In this document: piece after piece, positions 60,027-64,000 of the stretch
Layout of the letters: each line of letters opens with the position of its first letter
Numbering within the stretch: the first letter of the stretch is position 1
Notes under the pieces: model-generated
Database searches by the model: none
The model's input: the letters and a program-made list of their open reading frames with translations, nothing else
What the model was told of the DNA's origin: nothing
NCBI GenBank assembly: GCA_030584005.1
Contig: CP129486.1
Coordinates: forward strand, 2,219,971 to 2,283,970
Direction of reading: 5' to 3'
Length of the DNA stretch: 64,000 nt
Source: Bdellovibrionota bacterium
Lineage (GTDB): Bacteria; Bdellovibrionota_C; UBA2361; JAFLCA01
Made by a program: the position numbers and the translations under genes

Positions 60027-60560
60027 ATGAATTGTCATCACTACTTCAAATCCTTTCTTTTGCTGTTCTTACAAATAGTGCTGCTCGGGATGCCATGCTT
60101 TGCGCAGACGGTCACATTCGACCGAGTGTACACAAAAGTTGAATCCTCGACTGGAGAGCATTGTTCGGGATGGACTATCGAGTTGTGGAAGACCGGAACT
60201 GGTTTTGTTGGGACCGCCGATCACCATCGAGGGCTTTGTGGGGACCCGCCAACAGGATTACTGGAAAACGTCCGTTATGATATTCATAGCGGATCCCTTT
60301 CATTTTCTATAAAACTTTCTGATAGTTCAGACGGATACGGCAAGTATTCATGTGATTCATTGACCTTTATAGGATATCTCACTGCCGATAAACTAGTTGG
60401 GATTATGAATTGGGAAAGCGCGGGGATTAAACGCCCGAGCGAATCCTTGGACCTTGATCGAGCTAATGCAGCTCCCTATGGGAATCGCGTTTACGATAGC
60501 GTGGCAGATTGGGTAAGAAGCCGTGGTGACATACTTGAATTTCGTGGACCGCGGTGTTGA
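60027..60560 (+). CDS. secreted hypothetical protein (cassette)
   Basis: Signal peptide MNCHHYFKSFLLLFLQIVLLGMPCFAQ. 177 aa. Confidence 0.45.
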   Translation: MNCHHYFKSFLLLFLQIVLLGMPCFAQTVTFDRVYTKVESSTGEHCSGWTIELWKTGTGFVGTADHHRGLCGDPPTGLLENVRYDIHSGSLSFSIKLSDSSDGYGKYSCDSLTFIGYLTADKLVGIMNWESAGIKRPSESLDLDRANAAPYGNRVYDSVADWVRSRGDILEFRGPRC

Positions 60561-60571
60561 GATTTGGCGCA

Positions 60572-60667
60572 GGACAAACCGCTTCACGAGATTTGCGCCC
60601 CAGTGGAATAAGTGACGGGTCGGGAGTAAAATCGGGAAGGTAGTCCGGCGAGCGTTTGCCGTTAATT
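60572..60667 (+). other. possible attC site (weak cores)
   Basis: GGACAAAC (60572) ... AGATTTGGCGC / GATTTGCGCC ... GTTAATT (60661). Tentative. Confidence 0.35.
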
Positions 60668-60684
60668 CGTGATGAAAACGTTTA

Positions 60685-61155
60685 ATGATGCGACCCCGTC
60701 CTGTAGCAATCGTTTTTGGTTTAGTTGCCGCTGCTACTGCATATATAATTACCGTCAACGCTATCGGCGAGGGCTGGAAGTACTTATTTATTCCATCTGG
60801 AGTGGCTGCGTTTGGGTGGATGCAACTTTGTTGGGATAAGCTTAAGTGTGCCGAGCGAAGGTCATTCTGGAAAGGCGGAATCTGCGGTGTAATGGCAGTG
60901 TTATTAAGCTATCCAACTATGTGGTGGCTGGCCATACTCGGTAATTGGCTTTTTGGAGTTAAGAGCTCCTTAGGTGATGAGGCGGTATCCCCATTCTCGA
61001 TGGCTGGGATCCAAGCTGTCTGGATTTTTAGTTTAGTGGGAGTTGTTTTGACTGGAGCTTTAACTTTGCCGGTAGGATTTTTTCTTGGTGGCTTCTTCGG
61101 ACGAGGCCGGGCCAATGCACAATTGGATCTTGCGAACACACAAGTGCACCGCTAA
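60685..61155 (+). CDS. hypothetical integral membrane protein (cassette)
   Basis: 156 aa, 4 TM helices. Confidence 0.45.
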   Translation: MMRPRPVAIVFGLVAAATAYIITVNAIGEGWKYLFIPSGVAAFGWMQLCWDKLKCAERRSFWKGGICGVMAVLLSYPTMWWLAILGNWLFGVKSSLGDEAVSPFSMAGIQAVWIFSLVGVVLTGALTLPVGFFLGGFFGRGRANAQLDLANTQVHR

Positions 61156-61192
61156 TTCGAAAGTTATCGCCTTAAGCCTTTAGGGGGGACTG

Positions 61193-61513
61193 TTGGTAGC
61201 GAAGTTACTTGTAGCGGTCCTCGTTGTGCTGTCTAGTTGGTTAGCCCTGCGGTGGATGGACGCTGAAACCAGAATTGAAGCTGGCGTACTCAATGAGATG
61301 ACTCTCGCGAGCGATCGAGAGTTTCTTATTCGCTTGCCATCATTAATGAGAGAGGCGCGAGATAGAGACACTCTGCTCTCGCAACTGAAAAAGATATATC
61401 CTGACATTCTAGTTGAAGACCTGGGCCGGGACCTGTGTTGGGGTGTTCTTCGATTGGAATTCGCATCCCATACAGAATTAACTGGTGTTAGTGAAGGATG
61501 TGCCAAGCGATAA
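61193..61513 (+). CDS. hypothetical membrane-anchored protein (same cassette as 60685)
   Basis: 106 aa, N-terminal TM segment. Only 37 bp from the previous ORF and no attC between them. Confidence 0.4.
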   Translation: MVAKLLVAVLVVLSSWLALRWMDAETRIEAGVLNEMTLASDREFLIRLPSLMREARDRDTLLSQLKKIYPDILVEDLGRDLCWGVLRLEFASHTELTGVSEGCAKR

Positions 61514-61600
61514 CAAACGGTGGAACTCGGATTCGAGGACGTGTGCTTAAGTCGTGATTTGCATTGCGGCTTTGGCCCCGAGCCATTTCGCCTTTAAAGG
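61508..61600 (+). other. possible attC site (R' unclear)
   Basis: CGATAAC (61508, overlapping the stop) then GATAACAAACG as in attC 5. Palindrome CTCGGATTCGAG. No clean GTTRRRY. Confidence 0.3.
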
Positions 61601-61625
61601 TAGCGCGCATGAGAAAGTACAGCCT

Positions 61626-62051
61626 ATGAGAAGGTTAACAATATTGCTGCTTGCTGCGTTCCTGGCATGCCCGCCATACGCTCTTGCATGCAAGATGCTG
61701 TCGCAGTTTCCCGAGCATCTTCCTCCCCAAAACGTGAAGCAGTACGCACATTACTTCGTAGTTAAGATCGATGGGATAAGGGGCGAAACTTATCGCGGGA
61801 CACTTCAAGACGCACTTGGTCCCGATCAAGCCGTAGGACAACAGGTAGTCATTCATTTTATGGCGAGTGAAAAAGCACATGCGGTGTGTCCGCTCATTCT
61901 ACGCGAAGGTAAAACGTACTTATTGCGCTCTCAGAGCCCAAACCCTCCTCTCTTGATCTCAAGATTCGACGGTTACAACATCGCAATGGGACATGAAAAG
62001 TTCTCCGTATATGTGAATGATTTAAAGGATGCACGGCGCGCTAATAACTAG
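61626..62051 (+). CDS. secreted hypothetical protein (cassette)
   Basis: Internal Met MRRLTILLLAAFLACPPYALA signal peptide. About 141 aa. Confidence 0.4.
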   Translation: MRRLTILLLAAFLACPPYALACKMLSQFPEHLPPQNVKQYAHYFVVKIDGIRGETYRGTLQDALGPDQAVGQQVVIHFMASEKAHAVCPLILREGKTYLLRSQSPNPPLLISRFDGYNIAMGHEKFSVYVNDLKDARRANN

Positions 62052-62101
62052 CGCCAGCGGACGGATTACCGCCGGTACGCTAAGCCGTTGGGTCGTTAGA
62101 C
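62042..62101 (+). other. attC site
   Basis: TAATAAC (62042) ... GCGCCAGCGG / CCGCCGGTACGC ... GTTAGAC (62095). Confidence 0.6.
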
Positions 62102-62104
62102 AAC

Positions 62105-62554
62105 ATGGGATATCTGGTTCCCTTCGCAATTCAGGTGATTTCCGCGTATCTGCTCATCTTCGGTGATATCGGATTCGATCACCCCGGGAGGTCTGGGCTC
62201 GATTTCGAAGATGCCCTAGTTCTCTTTGGAATTTATACTGTCAGTCTTGTTGTAGGGCTTAGTCTGGCAGTTAAATCCAAACAATTTAAGTTTGGGGCGC
62301 TTCAATTAAGCATTCCGTTAGCCTATCTAGTCTATGTCTACCTACCTCCTCCGCACTACAATTCGCTCGAATATCAGTTTCTTGTTGGCAAGAATCGAGA
62401 GGAAGTGGAACGAATAATTGGGAATCCTAAAGGTCGAACAACAGGATGGGAGGGTCGCAATGGCGTTAAGATCCATAATATCACCCTACACGGTATGACC
62501 ATTTATCTTTCAGATAATGGGGTAGTCACTGAAGCTGCTTCAAACTCGAGGTAG
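62105..62554 (+). CDS. hypothetical integral membrane protein (cassette)
   Basis: 149 aa, 3 TM helices then a soluble tail. Confidence 0.45.
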   Translation: MGYLVPFAIQVISAYLLIFGDIGFDHPGRSGLDFEDALVLFGIYTVSLVVGLSLAVKSKQFKFGALQLSIPLAYLVYVYLPPPHYNSLEYQFLVGKNREEVERIIGNPKGRTTGWEGRNGVKIHNITLHGMTIYLSDNGVVTEAASNSR

Positions 62555-62558
62555 CACA

Positions 62559-62652
62559 CAATAACTGCGGCCACCCGACGCAATGTCGTGAGTGGCACTG
62601 GCGATTTGATATCTGCGGTGGCCACGCCGAGGTGAAACCAAGAGCGTTCTGT
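62559..62652 (+). other. attC site
   Basis: CAATAAC (62559) ... CTGCGGCCACCC / CTGCGGTGGCCACGC ... GTTCTGT (62646). Confidence 0.65.
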
Positions 62653-62718
62653 GTTAACTTGTAATTGCCTACTGGTTTCGCCCCGGTGCACATAGCCATT
62701 ATATACCCTTGAGGGCTC

Positions 62719-63210
62719 ATGAAGATGAACACAGGCACTCAGCCCGGTTCAACAAGGAATCCGAACATTGCAGTTGATGAGATGTTATCAGCAGACCTGG
62801 CCGAAGTCATTGCGTTGGGTGAGAGTATCCCCGAATTCCGTACTGAAACTGAGGCGGCCCAATTTTATAGCCGTGAAACCTTGGAACGATGGCTCACCGA
62901 GCCGACTGGCGTTGCTTTAGTTTCACGTGACGGCGGCGTTGTTGTTGCGTTTGTGCTTGCCCAATATATGCCTGCTTCCCGCGATGGCTATCTCAATGTA
63001 ATCACCGTTGCCGAGTCGCTTCGAGGCAAGGGGGGTCTTGCGGAAGGTCTTCTGGAGCGAGCCTTCCAGATCTTAGAACGTAAAGGTTGTGATCACGTGT
63101 TCGGTTCGGTTCAAGACTCAAATGAGAGGGCTTTAAGATTCTTCGAGAAGCGTGGATTGCAGCGTGGAGATACATTTCGATATGTCGAAGCAATGCTTCA
63201 ACGTGAATAG
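62719..63210 (+). CDS. GNAT-family N-acetyltransferase (cassette)
   Basis: 163 aa. Acetyl-CoA binding motif A region VAESLRGKGGLAEGLLERA (the R/Q-x-x-G-x-G/A type). Confidence 0.75.
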   Translation: MKMNTGTQPGSTRNPNIAVDEMLSADLAEVIALGESIPEFRTETEAAQFYSRETLERWLTEPTGVALVSRDGGVVVAFVLAQYMPASRDGYLNVITVAESLRGKGGLAEGLLERAFQILERKGCDHVFGSVQDSNERALRFFEKRGLQRGDTFRYVEAMLQRE

Positions 63211-63281
63211 AACCTAGCAACGGTGCATAGCAACCAAATCCAGCAGAGCAGTAGACTGCCTGCTGGGCTTCGCGGTTACAC
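63207..63281 (+). other. possible attC site
   Basis: ATAGAAC (63207) ... CAGCAGAGCAGTAGACTGCCTGCTGG palindrome ... GTTACAC (63275). Confidence 0.45.
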
Positions 63282-63313
63282 CGCTTTATGTGAGACTGAC
63301 TGCTGAACAGGAG

Positions 63314-64000
63314 ATGATAATAATGGGGCCAGTCACTTCTATTGCTAGGAGCAAGCGTTCCAGCTCTCCCATTCTCAATAAGCTCACATGCATATTGACC
63401 ATAATGTTTCTTCCGATTGTTCCATCTCTTGCTTACGCAGAACGTTCCTGCGACGTAATTGTAAAAGAGATCAGCGCGGTCTTTGACGTGCCTCTCGGCT
63501 GTATGCGAGACAATTGTCCTGGATTTTCAATCCTTGATTCTGGAACTCCAAATGCCGAACGCTGTGCCGGCAAATGTAATCTTGCATGGACCAGACCTCC
63601 TCCAACTGGTTCAGTCGACGATCTTAAGCGCTGTGAGCACTTTATTCCAAAGATTAAGGGAGTCCCGCCGGATTACTACGGGCTCGCTTTTTGCTTAGCC
63701 GCATCGGAATCGGACCTAAGTCGTTGTGGGAGCATGTTTCGTACTTCCGATGAAATGGACTATCTTAAGCTGGCACGTTGCCTCAGGGCTTCCGAAGCCA
63801 CCGCCGTAGTGATAGAGCCGTTGCAAGCATGCATGAATCGTGGCGAGTGCCTCAAAAGCAGTCGCAACTGGCAGTACGATCCCTGCTTTAAGCAGTGCCA
63901 TCAAGATGCGGAACAGCTCATTGAGCTTGCGACTACGACAGTTGAAAGATGTGATGGAATAGAGCAATCAAGGACGTCTCTTTGCTCTATGTTACGTAGC
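63314..64000 (+). CDS. Cys-rich secreted hypothetical protein, 3' partial (runs off window end)
   Basis: Not in the ORF track because it has no stop in the window. Hand translation from ATG 63314 is open to 64000 (about 229 codons): MIIMGPVTS...ILTIMFLPIVPSLAYAERSCDVIV... with over 15 Cys. Confidence 0.45.
   Translation, partial: MIIMGPVTSIARSKRSSSPILNKLTCILTIMFLPIVPSLAYAERSCDVIVKEISAVFDVPLGCMRDNCPGFSILDSGTPNAERCAGKCNLAWTRPPPTGSVDDLKRCEHFIPKIKGVPPDYYGLAFCLAASESDLSRCGSMFRTSDEMDYLKLARCLRASEATAVVIEPLQACMNRGECLKSSRNWQYDPCFKQCHQDAEQLIELATTTVERCDGIEQSRTSLCSMLRS

Noticed and set aside
63483-63967. Listed ORFs 63483..63698(+) and 63716..63967(-)
   Set aside because: Both are overlapped by a longer, signal-peptide-bearing frame that is open from 63314 to the window end. 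They are probably spurious.

Overview
This window is a high-GC bacterial chromosome segment. The first ~47 kb is core genome with mostly housekeeping genes on both strands. I recognise rpmE, pepP, coaD, a DsbD/CcdA-like thiol:disulfide protein, a Ser/Thr kinase, infA, accA, miaA, mutL, an HtrA-like protease, rel/spoT, rpoZ, mnmA, a cysteine desulfurase, lysC, tRNA-Leu(GAG) directly downstream of secG, an Mrp/ApbC ATPase, a TIGR03960-type radical SAM protein, cutA, purN, an FKBP, ispF and a lytic transglycosylase. A few accessory-looking loci sit among them. These are a collagen-like Gly-X-Y repeat protein and a trio of TadE/TadE/TadG-like pseudopilin proteins, one of which carries an 18-bp Thr-rich tandem repeat and Cys-rich C-termini. 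The most striking structure runs from ~47.6 kb to the window end and appears to continue beyond it. It is a chromosomal integron with three parts. The integron-integrase gene intI sits on the minus strand, carries the IntI-specific extra domain, and is interrupted by an in-frame TAA. An attI region with ctcacgag repeats and a GTTCTCC core follows. Then comes an array of about 20 + strand gene cassettes separated by attC sites (RYYYAAC ... GTTRRRY imperfect palindromes, several in paralogous families). The cassettes include an inverted BrnT/BrnA toxin-antitoxin pair, a cupin, an APH-family phosphotransferase, a nucleotidyltransferase, a GNAT acetyltransferase, a nucleoside deaminase paired with an unknown 353-aa protein, a P-loop kinase and a frameshifted RidA. 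Many are small secreted or membrane hypotheticals. An IS110-family element is inserted inside an attC, and an unlisted Cys-rich ORF runs off the window end. The cassette region looks more AT-rich than the flanking core genome. Apparent frameshifts or nonsense codons occur in an aspartate aminotransferase, in intI and in the RidA cassette.
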